The translations under genes were made by a program, and so were the position numbers. A stretch of DNA of 64,000 nt, taken from positions 79,670,001 through 79,734,000 of the forward strand of contig JANJGN010000021.1 in the NCBI GenBank assembly GCA_026770705.1, given 5' to 3'. Shown one piece after another: positions 1 to 14,462 of this stretch. Positions within the stretch are counted from its first letter, which is position 1. Each line of letters opens with the position of its first letter. The notes beneath the pieces were generated by a model, which saw only the letters and a program-made list of their open reading frames with translations, was not told the DNA's origin and ran no database searches. This DNA is from Isurus oxyrinchus. Its lineage: Eukaryota.

Positions 1-1757
1 GAGTGTTGGTCCTCTATAGAGTGACAGTGGGGAGTTAATAGTAGACAATAAGGAAATGGAAGAAATGAACAAATATTTTGCTTCTATGTTCACTATAAAG
101 GATACAAAAAACATTCCAGTAATAGCTGCAAATCAGGAAGTGAAAGGGAGAAAGGAGCTTGGTGAAATTGAAATCACTAGGGAAATGATACTGAGCAAAT
201 TGATGGACCTGTGGGCTGGCAATTCTCCGGGTCCCGATAGACTACATCCTAGTGTCTTAAGAGGTGGCTAATGAGGTAGTTGATGCGCTGGTGTTAATTT
301 TCCAAAATTTGCTAGATTCTGGAAAGGTTGCATCAAGTTGGAAAGTAACAAATATATTCCTTCTATTCAAGAAGGAGTGAGGCAGAAAACAGGGAACTAC
401 AGGCCAGTTAGATTGACGTCTGTCATGGGGAAGTTATTAGAATCGATCATTAAAGAGGTTATAGCTGGGCACTTAGAAGAGCACAAGGCAATTGGGAAGA
501 ATCAGCATAGTTTTGTGAAAGGAAAATCATGTTTAACCAATTTATTGGAGGTTTTTGAAGGACAGTGGATAAAGGGGAGCCTGTAGATGTACTGTACTTG
601 GATTTCCAGAAGGCATTTGATGAGGTGCCACATTAAAGGTTATTGTGGAAAATAAAAGCGCATGGTGTAGTGGGTAACATATTAGCGTGGATAGAAGATT
701 GGCTGACTGGCAGAAAGTAGAGAGTATGTATAAATGGATGATTTTTGATTGGCAGGATGTTATGAGTGGCTTCCCACAGGGATCTGAACTGAGGCCTCAA
801 CTTTTTACGATTTACATCAATGACTTAGATGACGGGACTGAAGACGTAGCAGCTAAATTTACAGGTGACACAAAGATAGGTAGGAACGTATGTTGTGAAG
901 AACACATGAGGATGTTGTAAATGGATATAGATAGGTTAAATGAGTGGGCAAAGATCTGGCAAATGGGGTTTAATGTGGGAAAATATGAAGTTATTCACTT
1001 TGGCAGGAAGGACAAAAAAAGCAGAGTATTGGTTAATTGGAGAACAGCTGCAGAATTCTGAGGTGCAGAGGGATCTAGGTGTTCTAGTATGAGTCACAAA
1101 AAGTTAGTACAGCAAGTAATTAAGAAGACTAATGCAATGCTATCCTTTATTATGAGGGGGATTGAACATAAAAGTAAGGATGTTATGCTTCAGTTATACA
1201 GGGCATTGGTGAGACCGCACTGTGTGCAGTTTTGGTCTCCTTATTTAAGGAAGGATGTAATTGGAGGTGGTTCAAAGCAGATTTACTATATTGACACCTG
1301 GAATGAGTGGGCTGTCCTTTGAGGAAAGGTTTGACAGAGTGGGCTTGTTTCCACTGGAGATTAAAAGAGTGAGGGGTGATTTGACTGAAGTATACAAGAT
1401 CCTGAGTGGCCTTGACAGGGTGGACATTGAAAGGATGTTTCCTCTTGTGGGTGAGTCCAGGACTAGGGGGCATTGGTTAAAATTATAGGTTGCCTTTTTA
1501 GGACAGAGATGAGGAAAAAATGTTTCTCTCAGAGGGTTGTGTAACTTTGGAACTCTTAGAAGGTGGTGGAGGCAGGGTCACTGAATATGTTTAAGGCAGA
1601 GTAGATAGATTCTTGTTAGGTAAGGGAATTAAAGGTTATCAGGGTTAGATGGGAATGTGGAAATCGATACACAATAAGATCAGTCATGATCTTATTGAAT
1701 GGCAGAGCAGGTTCGAGGGGCTGAATGTCTACTCCTGTTCCTATTTCTTATGTTCTT
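1..1757 (+). mobile_element. CR1-type LINE, 3' part of ORF2 (decayed)
   Basis: [29 protein letters not shown] fragments; CR1 tail CCTACTCCTGTTCCTATTTCTTATGTTCTT. Confidence 0.9.
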
Positions 1758-2449
1758 AATACATCATCTGGAATTCATTGGTGGAATTGTTCCAGATTTG
1801 CATTGTGTGGTAACGGGCAGGTAAAATGATGTTTTACCTGCCGGCCGCGATGGCGGGTTTTCACAAAGTATCGTCCCAAACCCGCCACATTATTCATTCA
1901 TTCTCAGGAAACACACCGTTTCCATGGTGGGTGGGTTCTCATTTGCCCACATGCTATTACCTCGCCGCTTCATCACAGGGCCCTCACTCACTGCCAGTTC
2001 AAGGGACATCACCATTTACTCTCACACACACCGTCATTGTCCTCATCCCGTCCATGGGACCTCTCCCAACCACACAGGCCAGGCATACCTATATCTGGCC
2101 TGTCAGGCATCCTGCTTACACTTTATCTCTATTCATGCAGGACAAGCTGGCCCACAACGACAACAGGGAGAGATAGCAGACCGGTGGAGGAATGGCTGAA
2201 ATTAAGGTCCTCAAGGACTTTGAAACAAAGCCATTCAGCTGGACCGATCCTGTGCTGAGCTGTGTTCTACCAAGTGAGGATCCAGCAGTGCAACATCCAT
2301 CAGACAACCATGCTGTGAGTGATGTGTCCTGTTTCATAGGCCACTGCCAGGCACTAATTATCACCCCTTGCTTCTGCAGGCACATCTGGGAAACAATCGA
2401 TGGGTTCCATGACACAGGCCCTCCAATCAAGCCCCGAAGAAACCTCTGA

Positions 2450-3025
2450 TCATTAATAGAGGTATAGAGTACAAGAGTAGGGAGGTATGATGAACTTAAA
2501 GAAGACACTGGTTAGACCTCAGCTGGAGTCTTGTGTACAGCTCTGGGCACCACACTATAGGAAGGATGTGAACACATTGGAGAGAGTGCAGAAGAGGTTT
2601 ATGAGAATGGTTCCAGGGATGTGATACTTCAGTTTTCCTTGGCGAGGAGAAGGCCAAAAGGAGACTTGATAGATGTTTTCAAAATCATGAGGGGTGTGGA
2701 CAGAGTAGACAGGGAGAAATGGGGCCCGCTCATACACGGATCGAGAACTAGAAGGCACAGTTTTAGAGCGTTTTGCAAAAGAAGCAAATGCGAGGTGAGA
2801 AAAAACTCTCACGCAGTGAGTAGTTAGGGTTTGGAATGCACTGCCTGTAAGTGTGGTTGAGGCAAGTTCAGTTGAGGCATTCAAGAGGGCATTGGATGGT
2901 TATTTAATGTGCAGGGTTATGGGGAAAAGGCAGGAGATTGGCACCAAGTTAAAATGCTCAGAGAGCTGGTGCAGACATGCTGGGCCGAATGGCCTCCTTC
3001 TACACTGTAACAATTCTGAGATTCT
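2450..3025 (+). mobile_element. CR1 3' fragment inserted in the Harbinger relic
   Basis: RRPKGDLIDVFKIMRG, RTRRHS motifs and a CR1 tail. Confidence 0.85.
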
Positions 3026-5140
3026 GTGAAGAGGAATCTGGAAGAACCCTCCTTGAAGTCCTGTCACAGCGCTCACCCACACCCTCCACCACCACAGGGA
3101 TACACACTTTGGTGGGATCTAGCTTTAGAATAGCCTTGGGATCACAATCTGGTGAGCACATGGCACTGCCTGATCCACAGTAGGTGCTATGGATCAAGTC
3201 CCAAGTCCCTTCCCTGATGTCCGGCACTCAGAGGACTGCTGGAGGCCAGACATTTGCTGAGTCTGAGTCAGATGATGAGCTTCTGGACTTGGTCATGTCA
3301 CAGTTGCTGCAGCTGCAAAGGCAAGCTCAGGAACATCAGGAAAGGATGTCCACTACGCTCCTTAGATTGCAAGGCATGATGGAGGAGTCCGTCCGCCCTC
3401 AGGCTGAGGCATGCCAATGCACCGAGGTCAACACTGGTAGGATAGCGGCCACCATGGAGACCTTGATCCAGGACATTGGTCTGGGCTGCTCGATCTTACT
3501 CCAGCTTCCCCTTCTTCTCAAGGAGTCAGCCTGAGGCTCTTGGGTGCCCATACGGAGGAGGATCAGCAGGTGCACACCTCGGGGCCATCCATCCAGGCGG
3601 CTCTGGGAGTGTCCGGCCTATCCAAATCACCTCTTCTTGTGACCTCAGCAGCTCCAGCTCCACAGGCCAAGGAGGGTGCCACTGCCACACCACAGGACAC
3701 CAAAAACAGGCCGGGGCCATCCGAGTATCAGCCCTCCAGAGGATGCCCACCAAGGTCAACACAGGTAGGGCGTTGCAGGCTGACTCCACCTCCACTGTGG
3801 ATGTCCAGGTAGCACCAAGATGTAGCGGCAGGGTTAGGAAGGTTAAGAAGAATTAGTTGCACAGCCTGGGCATGGGTGATAATCACTTGTACATACTGTT
3901 CACTTGTACATACTCTTCTCTGTGACCTGTGCAGCCTTCAGACCAAAGTGATGATCCAGCCTCTCACTCCCTGGAAACATTACTGATGCCTGCACCTTGG
4001 CAGTGCTTGTTTTTGCTGCCAGAATTTAGTGGGCAGGTGCAACAGATTTCTCTTATACTCTGGGTGCTTGCAGCACCTTTAAGGTGGGGCTGGTCCCCAT
4101 CTCTTCAGCATCTGTGACCAGTGACTCTGTGCTCCTGAAGGGCTCAGGTGCTGAAGACGGATGAAGGATCAGAAGCTTCTAAAGTTTCATGGCTGCGTCT
4201 CTATGATATAACCCTGATCATAGAGCGCAAGTGAGCTGCCCTTGGCCAGGCAGGAGTCAGACATTCTCAGAGATTATGTGAAGATTAATGGAGTATTGTC
4301 ACCGTATGTCATCATCATCCTTCTACAATTGAATGACTATTTGGTCCTCCACTGCATCCCCATGGCAGGAACATTCTCACAGAGTGTATTCACTCTGTCA
4401 TAAGCCAGATTGGAGTCAAACATTCACAGATGCGATGTGAGGATCTATGGTGTCTCCTCACTGCATGTCATCATCATCCTCCACAAATCTAGCAGCTATG
4501 AGGGCCTCCCGAGTGCACCTGTCGCATCTGGCCAGTGTGAGGGCCTCATGCCCCATCATCGCCTTCGAAGACCTCCTCACCCTCATCCCTGTCAGTGTCC
4601 TCCTGATCAGGTGAGTTTCTGGTGGTTGCACATCAGCTGCACATTCAGCGAGTGGAACCTCTTGTGATTGATAGATTTCAGTTGCAACAAGCGGTGAACT
4701 ATGAGCGTCACATGAGTGCAGTCGATCACACCCTGCACCTGTGGGAAACCTGAGCTCTGAGCAAACCCAATCACTCTCACATCCTGGCTCCCCTGCTCCC
4801 AGGTGAAATGCACAAAGTTGTGTGCCCTCGAGAAGGTGGCATCTGTGACTTCATGGATACATTTATGGTTGGAGACTAGTGATTTCCCACAGAGATCACT
4901 GGTGTAGAAATTGAGCGCCACAGTCACTTTCACAGCCACTGGCAGGAAATGCCCTCCATGTCCCCATGGCAGCAGCTGACAGATGTGACCAACCAGTTCC
5001 CTAGACGTGTGCATTATTTGTCGACACTGGTTCTCGGTCATCTGCTGGAATGAAAGCAGCATCTATAGACCCTGGGTGTTGCAAGGCGCCAACCAAGTAC
5101 AGCTCGCTGTGGCTCTTCAGAGGCATGTGAGGGAGCCAGA

Positions 5141-5215
5141 GTCCATGATCCTTATATCCTTTCTCCAGGGTCCATGATCCTTATATCCTTTCTCCAGGGT
5201 CCATGATCCTTATAT
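5141..5215 (+). repeat. 29-bp tandem repeat, about 2.6 copies
   Basis: GTCCATGATCCTTATATCCTTTCTCCAGG repeated. Confidence 0.9.
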
Positions 5216-6492
5216 ACTCCTTCTTCAGGATGAGAGAGACACATGGTTAGCATGGGTGTACTAAGAGCCTATCCTAGTTAAGTGTGAAGGTCCCTTGATG
5301 CATCGCAAGGAGTACTGGCCACCACTTGGATGGCCAGAGTTTATTGCGCTACATGGCTGCCTGAAAGCCCACCCACCTCCACCGCACTCCACCTGACTGA
5401 TTGGCAGCAGCTTTGCCCATTGGACTGCATGCTGTGCACTCAGCTCAGGCATTCTCCTAACCTGCACTGCAAGGCTGCACTGTTAGCTTGAACCATGGGG
5501 AGACTGGTCCAAACAGGGATGATGACATTGCAAGGGACTGTGAGCATCTCCACCAGTGACTGCTCCATGGCCAGCTTTAGTGAGGAGATTGTACAACTAT
5601 TCTGCAGTCCACTAAAACACTCATGACTTTGCAGCCTGTGCCTGGAGGGTGTGTGTGTTTGGGGGGGGGGGGGGGGGCTGCGGTGAAAAGCTTTGGAGTA
5701 CTTGGTGGCACTTTGATGCCTCTCAATTGCTCGAGTGGGCAGATAAACTAGAAGCCCGGCTCCAATCATATTAATGTGGTTGCGCCTGAACTGTCTTAAT
5801 TGAAGAGGAAGAATGGTCACTTTATACAGGTTTCCATAATGCGTGGTTGCTTCCCTCGCCCACTCTACCATGCATCCCAAATGCTTGCACGCTATATTCA
5901 AAGGCAGGGCAGCCCTTGCACCCCCCTCAAGTCACCTCAATGGCAGGGCTACCCTGCATCCTCCCCACAAATTGCCTCAAACCTCAAGGCAGCCTTTCCC
6001 TCCTCCCCCCACAAGCTGCCTCAATGGCAGGGCTGCCCTTAACCGCACCCACCCCCCCTCAAGTCACCTCAACCGCAAGGCAACCCTTGTCTCACCCCAC
6101 ATCGCCCCAACAGCAGGGCTGCCCTTAACTCACCCTCCCCAATGCCCCTCAAACTTGAGGTTCATCAGGTGACCCTGGTGAGTGCTGCACATCATTGAGG
6201 GTAACTTGGAGGTGAGTGCACAGCTAAGTGCAGCCCACCAAGTGCACGCCTTTTAAGTGCTGTTGTGAAACACGTGGCATGCTTTCCCGATGATGTGGAT
6301 GGACGATCCAGCGGGGAGGGATGATTCTGCCAGGCTGGCCTAGTAATTATATGCAGATGAATTACAATGAGGTTCCCGATATCCAATGGCAGAAACCATC
6401 AATTACGACCTGGTTTCACGCCGTCGTGAAAACCACTGTCTGCTCACGCCACTGAACATGCCAGACGCTTGCGGCATGGAAAATCCCAGCCC

Positions 6493-8363
6493 TTGTCTTT
6501 CAGGCAACAACTGACAGAGACCACTGATCAGTTCATAAGTAGATGCAGAGACAAGGGGTGGGTTTGCGAATTTATGGTGGCAGATCTAGCCAACAGAATA
6601 ATTGAGCTTGTGATAGCAAAAAAGAGTTCCAAAAAGACCTCTTGGGCCAACTCTGAAGTTGTAGTGATCGTTACTGCAAAGCAGACTCGAGTACAAAGTC
6701 ATACTACTGGGTGGACAGAGCCTACAAGCTATGCACAATTCATCCACATTGGCATGATTGCTTACTAGACTTGCCTGTATTGGCTATGTGGGCATATTGT
6801 CTCACACATGCACCCAGAAATTGCCCAGCTTTTAACACTGTATGCAAAGCATGTGACACCATAAGGCATTCAAAGCGCCAATGTAGAAAGCAAAGACAAA
6901 TGGTTCGGCACCAAGAGAATCTACACCAAAAAACAGACTAGTACAGCATTTCAACCAACGAAGAGCCTATACCAATCAGCGCCAAGACAAAATCCATGCA
7001 ATGTTTAGCCAAGCTGTACAGTCAGATGATGAGGATGACCAGACCATCGATACCCAAAGTGAGTCAACAATTAATAGTGTGATCAAAGAATGTATTGGCG
7101 CAGTGGTGCCAACAGAACCCTTTCCCACCGTGCAGATTATATGCCCACAAATCAAAACTGGATTGTGATGCAGGTGGAAACACCCTTCTACTTCACACAC
7201 CTGAAATGTACATACCCAAGGATGTGACAAGTGATAATTCAGCCAACTACTGCCAAACTCACTGTCCACAATAACTCAGAGATTGCTTCCCTGGGATTGA
7301 TTACACTGAAGTATCTCTACAACAACTCACCCTGGTCACCCCAAAAATTTTATGTTGTGGACACAATGGGTCATCATCAAGATGACGATGAAGATCACAC
7401 AGCACAAGGAACACCATTGGAAACAGTGCTTAAACTGGGAGAAGATCACCTAACTCTGCAATGCAGATCATCAGCCAATAGGCTGAGCAGCATAGTTTGA
7501 ACCAAATATGTATATCCATTCTGAACACTTCATTACACTACTGAACCAATGTGGAATTACTATTCAGCAGACAAGTGCGGACAAACCTCCCCCATCATCA
7601 TTCATTGATACTCCCAGCAGTACGTGATGCATTGATTGAAAAACAGGGAAAGATGAAAGATGCTTATGACTGGCATGTGGGTAATGAGTTACCTAACCTG
7701 AGCATCGGAAAAGAATTTGAGTACAACACTCAACTGATGGCACCTGAAATCCAGCAGAAATCATCAGCGTATGTCCAGAAACAAGATTGTATCAAGTACT
7801 AGCACCAAGTGGCATGACAGCGCAACAAAACAGATGCCAAATCAGAGCAATACCACAACCAGAAACACTGAGCAGTGCTATTACGAACAGAACACGGCCT
7901 AAGATGCAACACAAACAAAGAACCTCTAACCAGTATTCTGAAAACATACAGCAGTCTCCAACAAAGATCCAACATATTTCAATCTGGTTGGATAAGCAAA
8001 CCGCTGATATGTTTCAGACACAATGTTGTTTTATTTTGCTGTCATGTACATAGTTTGATTCTTTAAGGATAAACCTTTAGTTTAGAAAAAAGGGAGATGT
8101 TGTGACATGATGTACTTGTACCTTTAAGACTGAGTATCTTAAACTGCTGTCAATCATTACCACCTTGACAGATGTGATGTATTAGTCCCATGAATTGTAT
8201 TCAGTCTACAAGCAGCAACAGTAGAGATCAGATGTACTATACTTAGCCCCCTAGTTAACTTTATCTGTATATAGTCTCGTCTTTAAATAAAGAACACACT
8301 TTATTGTTTCACTAATTTTTGTTGTGTGATTGGCATATCTATGCCAAATAGAATGACATAACA
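6493..8363 (+). mobile_element. Gypsy LTR retrotransposon relic with 3' LTR (8098-8363)
   Basis: gag fragments (FRQQLTETTDQFISRCR; HAPRNCPAFNTVCKAC), IN tail ELLFSRQVRTNLP, and PPT AAAAAGGGAGA followed by TGTTG...TAACA. Confidence 0.75.
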
Positions 8364-8529
8364 GCGCTCACCTTATCCCACCAGTCAGATTTCCCCTCTA
8401 GCGAAGCGACATCATTATCCAGCAGGGCTTTGCCATCCTGCGAGCCCATTAAACAAAAATGTACAGAACGTTGTGGTGGACAGATTATTGGGACAAGATG
8501 GTAAAATTAGAGCCATGATAAACTATTAA

Positions 8530-8867
8530 TCCAGAGATTTGTACAAGTTTTAATGAAATCTGTGGCGCCACAAATACCTTAATGATCTGACATTGTTCAT
8601 GAAAAACCATACAAGAATAGATGTTTCCAGCAAATTAGTCTATCTTCGAAAAAGATGGTTTAAAAAACATTTACAAATGCTGACATAATTGTATCAAAGT
8701 GAGAATAAATCAATGCTCCATTAGTTCAGGAATGCGTTTCAGTTCACTGCTGCTTCACACGAAGTGATGAGAGGACGCGATGTAGGGTTGAGGATATATG
8801 ATGCAGTTAGAGAGCAGAGTGTGGCAGCAAGAGGATGTGATGTGGTTACATGTTTTTTGTCTTCCAT
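8530..8867 (-). other. Candidate non-coding exon 5 (3'UTR) of MHC IIA
   Basis: Non-repetitive island with a minus-strand T-rich tract and TTTAG acceptor at 8868-8885, and ATTAAA at about 8548-8553. Exon 4 ends in a donor, so such an exon is required. Confidence 0.4.
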
Positions 8868-9214
8868 CTAAATTGAAAAAAAAACATCAGAAACACATTA
8901 AAATCTGAGAACACTGATTTCTTACCTCATTACATATGCATCAGCGATTTAGGTTTGTCTGAGTATAATTTGTAAGATATGAATGTAAATAAATAATCAG
9001 ATTTCCTATCTGAACGATGTCACCATGTACAATGGGCAACAATCACCATCTGTTGTAAGGTCAGGACAGATAGGGTTTGGATCTAAGACCCTTTATGTCT
9101 AGTATCTTACTACTGACTGCCATCTCTTTTGAATCAGACTGGTTTGCTAGCCAAGGAGAGACAAGTCATGCATTAGACTTGAGATTAGACAACCACACCA
9201 ATAAGTAGATTAGA

Positions 9215-10205
9215 CATAGAAACAGAACATTTACAGCACCCAAGGAGATCAATCAACCCAATGCGCTGTCTAGAAAACAGCCATCCAGCTGAATCCTACT
9301 TTCCAACTCTTGGTCTGGAGCCTAGTAGGTTATACAGTTTCAAGTTCATATCCAAGTATTTTTTTTTTTTAATGTGTTGAGAGTTTCTGCCTTTACCACC
9401 CTTTCAGATCGTGAGTTCCAGAGCCTCACCACCCTCTCAAGTAAAAAGGTTTCTCCTCAACCCCCCTCTAGTCCTTCCATCAATTACTTTAAATCTTTGC
9501 TGCCTAGCTATTGGCCTCTCTGCTAAGGAAAATAGTTCCTTCCTAACCATTCTATCTAGGACCCTCAATTTTATACACCTCCATTAAATCTCTCTTTTGC
9601 CTCTTTTGTTCCAAAGCAAACAACCCAAGCCTATCCAATCTTTTCTCGTAGCTAAAATCTCCAGTTCTGGCCAATGTACACTCCATTTTTATACTCCAAT
9701 CCCTTCAAAATAAAGGCCAACATTCCATTTGTCTTCCCTATTATCTGCTGAACTTATATGTTAGCTTTTTGGGACTCATGCACAAGGACCCCCAAAATCC
9801 CTCTGTGCTGCAGCCTTCTGCAGTCTTTCTCCATTTAAATAATATTATTCCTGCCAAATTGCAGAATCTCACATTTTCCCACATTATAGTCTATCTGCCA
9901 AGTTTTTGCCCACTCACTTAACCTGTCTATATCCCTCTGTAGACTCCTTGTGTCATCCTCACAACATGCCTTCCCAATTATTTTTGAGTCATCCACAAAC
10001 TTGGCGATAGTGTATTCGCTTCCCTCAACTAAGTCATTAATATATATTGTAAATAATTGTGGCCTCAGCACTGATCCCTGTGGCACTCCACTGCCATCCT
10101 GAAAATGCCCCCCTTATCCCAACTCTCTATTAGTTAGCCAATCCTCTACCCATGCTAATATACTATTCTCAACACCATGGGCTCTTATTTTATTAAGTAG
10201 CCTCA
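9215..10205 (-). mobile_element. CR1 LINE fragments
   Basis: [27 protein letters not shown]. Confidence 0.85.
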
Positions 10206-10759
10206 TGTGCCGCCCCCTTACCCCCATGATTCCCTCCTGACTCTGCCCCTGACCTGACCTGATCCAACTTCACCACTTAAATCCCTGACATCAACTGCCC
10301 TGATCACCCGACACCAACGGACCCGACCTCACCACTTGAATTCCCTGCAGCCCAACCTGGCCTGATCCCACCACCAAATACCTGATTTCATCACTGACCC
10401 ACCTACCAATTCACCCACCTGCCACTCCATCCACCCACTTGCCTCAACCACCCTACCCCTTACCCACTTACTAGGCCCTACCCCCTTATCACATACACAT
10501 TCACCCATTCATTCAGACACTCACATTGAAAAGCTGTTTAAACTGTCCCAGCTTTGCAATGCGTGAACACTGACCAGAATATGGCAGCAAGTGGCTTGGC
10601 TTTCCCAAACAATCTGGTCCCATGAAGAAACAGTTCCACTGTAGGTGCACTCTGCATTTCTGGAGAAGCTGGGATCAGAGGTCCTGGCTAGAAATGCGGA
10701 GGTCCAGTGTGGCGCAGAAAGGTAGCAGCCTCGCAGAGTGACTGTGAAACTATCATCGA

Positions 10760-10975
10760 CTGTCATAAAAACCCATCTGGTTCATGAATGTCTTTTAGGG
10801 AAGGAAATCTTCTGTTCTTACCTGGTCTGGCCTACATGTGACTCCAGGGCCACAGCAATGTGGTTGACTCTTAAATGCCTCTGAAATAACTTAACAAGGT
10901 CAGTTCAAGGGCAAATAGGGATGGACAACAAATGCTGGCCTTGCCACCAATGCCCTAATTCCATGAAAAAAAATA
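10760..10975 (+). mobile_element. HE1-like SINE fragment
   Basis: AAAACCCATCTGGTTCA..GTC(C)TTTAGGGAAGGAAATCT..CTTACCTGGTCTGGCCTACATGTGACTCCAG motif, repeated elsewhere in the window. Confidence 0.7.
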
Positions 10976-11159
10976 ATCCGAAGGTGATTGCCATTCTTCA
11001 GGAGATTTGGACCTTTTTTTGTTGGAGTGCATTGTGATTGGCTTAAGTGCACAAGCTTATTAAGTTTTTTTGCACAATAACTTAAAGGGGTGACTTGTGC
11101 ATGGCCTACATGGGAACATTTGGGTTGCAGATTGCCTGTTTAGAGGGAACATAATTATT

Positions 11160-11695
11160 CTTTTTTTTTAATTATTCACTTGTAGGACAAGCATTTGTTG
11201 TCCATTCCTCATTGTTCTCGAGTGCATTTAAGAGTCACCCACATTGCTGTGAGTCTGGAGTCACAGGTAGGCCAGACAGGTAAGAACAGCAGATTTCCTT
11301 CCCTAAAGGACATTAGTGTACCAGATGGATTTTTACAATAATCAGTGATAGTTTCATGGTCACCATTACTGAGGTGGTGTGTTACAGTTCGGTCACGGAG
11401 TCCAAGTTGCTGTGGCAATATCCACGTTTACATGCATGTTGTAATCTGAAGCTATGGGTAGTGATGGTAGAGGCTCCAACTTCCTTTTCAGAGGCAGGGA
11501 TGCTACTGACTGTGCCTCAAGATCTGCTTATCACCATAGACTGGCTTTCAATTCCAGAATTTTAAAAATTAATTAAAAACTTATCAACTGAATTTAACTT
11601 CCAGCAACTGTCATGTTGGGATTTGAAGCCATGTCCCCAAAGTAAGCCTGGGCCTCTTGATTACTATTCCAGTATCATTACATCTACACTCCATC
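11160..11695 (-). mobile_element. HE1-like SINE (interrupted)
   Basis: Reverse complement of the same motif; tRNA-like B box GGGATTTGAA at about 11620. Confidence 0.7.
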
Positions 11696-11699
11696 TCCT

Positions 11700-13005
11700 G
11701 GCAACATCTTTGTTAAACTCCTATGTACCCGTCTATTGAAATTACTTCCTCCCTTAAATGTGATGACCAGAGCTGTATGCAGCTATAGCTGTGGTCTAAC
11801 TGGTACTTTAAAAAAAAAAATGGTACTAGCATAACCTCCCTCCTCTTATATTCTTTGCCTCAACTAATAAAGGAAAGTATCCCGTATGCCTTCTTAACCA
11901 ACTCAACATATTATGCTACACTTAGTGTTCTGTAGACAGGCACTTCACGGCCCTCTGTCCTCTACATTTGTCAGTAACCTACCATTTGTGTATGCCCTTG
12001 CCTTGGTCGCAAATCAACTACCTCACATTTTTCTGGATTGAATTCCATTTGCCACTTTTCTGCCCACCTGACCAATCCAACGATATCTTCCTGCAATGTG
12101 CAGATTTCTTCCTCATTGTCAACATGGCCAATTTTTGTATCATCCACAAACTTCCTTCTTGATCATGCTCCTTTAAACATTGATATGTACCATGAAAAGC
12201 GAGGGACTCAGTATTGAGCCCTGCAGTATGCCACTGGAAACAATCTTCGAGCCACAAAACACCTTTTGACCATTACCCTTTACTTCCTGCCATTGAGGCA
12301 ATTTTGGATCCAACTTGTCACTTTGCCTTGGATCCCAATCTGTCATGTGAGACCTTGACAAAGTCCTGGCTGAAATCCATGCGGACATCAAATACACTAG
12401 GCTCATTGACCATCCTTGTAACCTCCTCAAAAATGGTGATCAAGTCAGACACAATCTTCCTTTAACTATTGCATGCTGACTACTTTGATTAATTGCATGC
12501 TTCATTTTTATGTTGGAACATTTTTGTTCTGAACCCTCTCTATTTCCTCCTTGAGTGCCTCTCATGCTCTCATTGATTTACCTTCCAGTCCAAATCACAT
12601 CTCAGCTCAGCAAAATTTTCCAATTGAGAACTTGTCCTTTTCCATAACTATGCAAAATTTAGTGAATTAGGATTACTATCCCAAAATGGTCTCCCACTGA
12701 TACCCTTTTCACTTGCCAAGTTTCATTCCTTAAAACCAAGTCCAAAATTGCCCCTTCTCTTGCTTTGCTTGTTATGTCTTGGTTAAAAAATTCTGAATAC
12801 ATTTTAAGAATTTTGCTTCCTCTGTGTCTTTCACACATTCTATTTCAGTTCATATTAGATTAGTTGAAATTTCCTGTTATTACTGCCCTGTACTTTCTGC
12901 ACTTCTCAGAGACTTGCTGACACATTTGTTCTTCTATCTCCCTCTGACTGTTTGGGGATCTTTGTACTCTTTTAACAGCATGACTGCCACTTTTTTGTTC
13001 ATCCT
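11700..13005 (-). mobile_element. CR1 LINE relic
   Basis: Degenerate RT segments (SGILQGSILSPSLF) and EN-region sequence. Confidence 0.75.
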
Positions 13006-13992
13006 GTAAATAGCACTGGTGGAGGTTCCTCTGTGCAGCTGAATGCATGTGTCTGCTTTGGAAAGTGCACCAATAGGAATGGAGAGGCCCAAATGGCAGA
13101 TCAAGTGTCAATTCAGGATTGCACACTGGCTGTTGTCATGATCTGACCACTTGTCATATTTCCGACAGATGCATGGGGCCTTACTGGCCTCCATGATATG
13201 ATGATGAGCATGGATCATGCTGGAACTGGTGGGAACGGATGCCCCCCAGTTTTTTCCACCCAACCTGCTCCCACATCATGTTACAAGACAGCAATGATGT
13301 AACCAAAGGTTAGAGGTTAAAGATGAAAGACTGGTTATTGATGAAACAAAAGCTTCACATGGCAGCAGTTTTCAACACTTGGATCTTATGGCACAGGAGA
13401 CGGCTTCATCGATGCAGCTTTAGAAAAGGAGGAGGCAAGACTAAGGATGCCATTGATTTAAAAAAAGGTCTAAGGAAGAGGAATCTGCTTGTTGGAACTG
13501 TAAGAACTGGAAAGAAACAGTGTTCTGGAGAATTGAAAATGAGATTTTTGTTGCCCCATCTAAAAGGCTTTGGAAGCTCATTAAGGATTAGAGTAGTCTA
13601 ATGGAGATCAGGCTCATTCTTAAATATTTGTTGTTTCATTTAATTTGGGGTGTTCCTGAAATAGGGTTTCAATGGTCAGGAATTGATAAAGATTAGCAAT
13701 GACAGCTCAATGTTATTACAGTTCGAAGAGGAGATTGTTATTTCTCTTCTGAGGATCCCGTTCTAAGAAGATACAGAGAACGTTAAGCTCTAGGTGTTAA
13801 CAGCTTCCCAGTGATGGTGCCAATGGCGATCGATACACTCAACAGAATGGCTGAAAGTAATTCAAAAATTAGATTAAATATTGGGACTTTATGATCTAGC
13901 TGCAATGTGACGTTGTATTGCAAAAGTATCCCATTCACCTGACAGTGCCAGCTAGCTCTTACTGGGACCTCACTCAATTGCTGATTATTCAT

Positions 13993-14155
13993 TAAAATAA
14001 AAGCAAAAAACTGCGGATGCTGGAAATCGAAAACAAAAACAAAAATAAGAAAGAACAGTTCTGTTGAAGAGTCATGCGGACTCGAAACGTTAACTGTGCT
14101 CCCTTCCACAGATGCTGCCAGACCTGCTGAGTTTTTCCAGGTATTTTTGTTTTTG
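13993..14155 (+). mobile_element. Short Penelope-like insertion with inverted ends and 15-bp TSD
   Basis: TTGCTGATTATTCAT at 13978-13992 and 14156-14170; Penelope tail GATGCTGCCAGACCTGCTGAG. Confidence 0.8.
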
Positions 14156-14316
14156 TTGCTGATTATTCATGTTTCAACAAGGCTATTATCCTGACCGCAA
14201 ATGTGTACTTGGTTGCTAGGATCAGTAACTAACCAACAGGAGTAGTTCTCTGGTTGAGGATCTTGTCCATTAACAATGCATAAAGACTGAGGTGTTCCTG
14301 TTCCCTGTACTTACCC

Positions 14317-14462
14317 CTAGATGCCGTGCTGCAGAGCTTGCAGCCTCTGTCTCTCTTTGATCAGTAAGATGATCCCTACAACAGCGCTGATGATTCCCAG
14401 AGTGAGTCCCAGAGCACAGATCACTGTCCCTGCACCAGACTTTTCCTCAGGCACTTCGGGTT
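14317..14462 (-). CDS. mhc2a: MHC IIA exon 4 (connecting peptide, TM, cytoplasmic tail, stop)
   Basis: [48 protein letters not shown], containing the class II alpha TM motif CALGL..G. TAG at 14317-14319 is followed 2 nt later by a GTAAGT donor, implying a separate 3'UTR exon. Confidence 0.95.

Larger units (their letters stand above)
1779..6492. mobile_element. PIF/Harbinger DNA transposon relic (convergent Myb/SANT-like and transposase genes)
   Basis: Plus-strand QDKLAHN..ER..TGGGMAEIKVL..FE fragment; minus-strand transposase PVAVKVTVALNF / GFPQVQGVIDCTH / FHSLNVQL (4607-5062); TIR-like ends GGTGGAATT...AAATCCCAGCCC. Confidence 0.8.

Noticed and set aside
4607-5062. Domesticated HARBI1 gene
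   Set aside because: Fragmentary with deletions, and inside a TIR-bounded element; other decayed copies occur in the window.
13323-13601. 92-aa ORF as a host exon
   Set aside because: No recognisable domain or splice context; probably decayed repeat.
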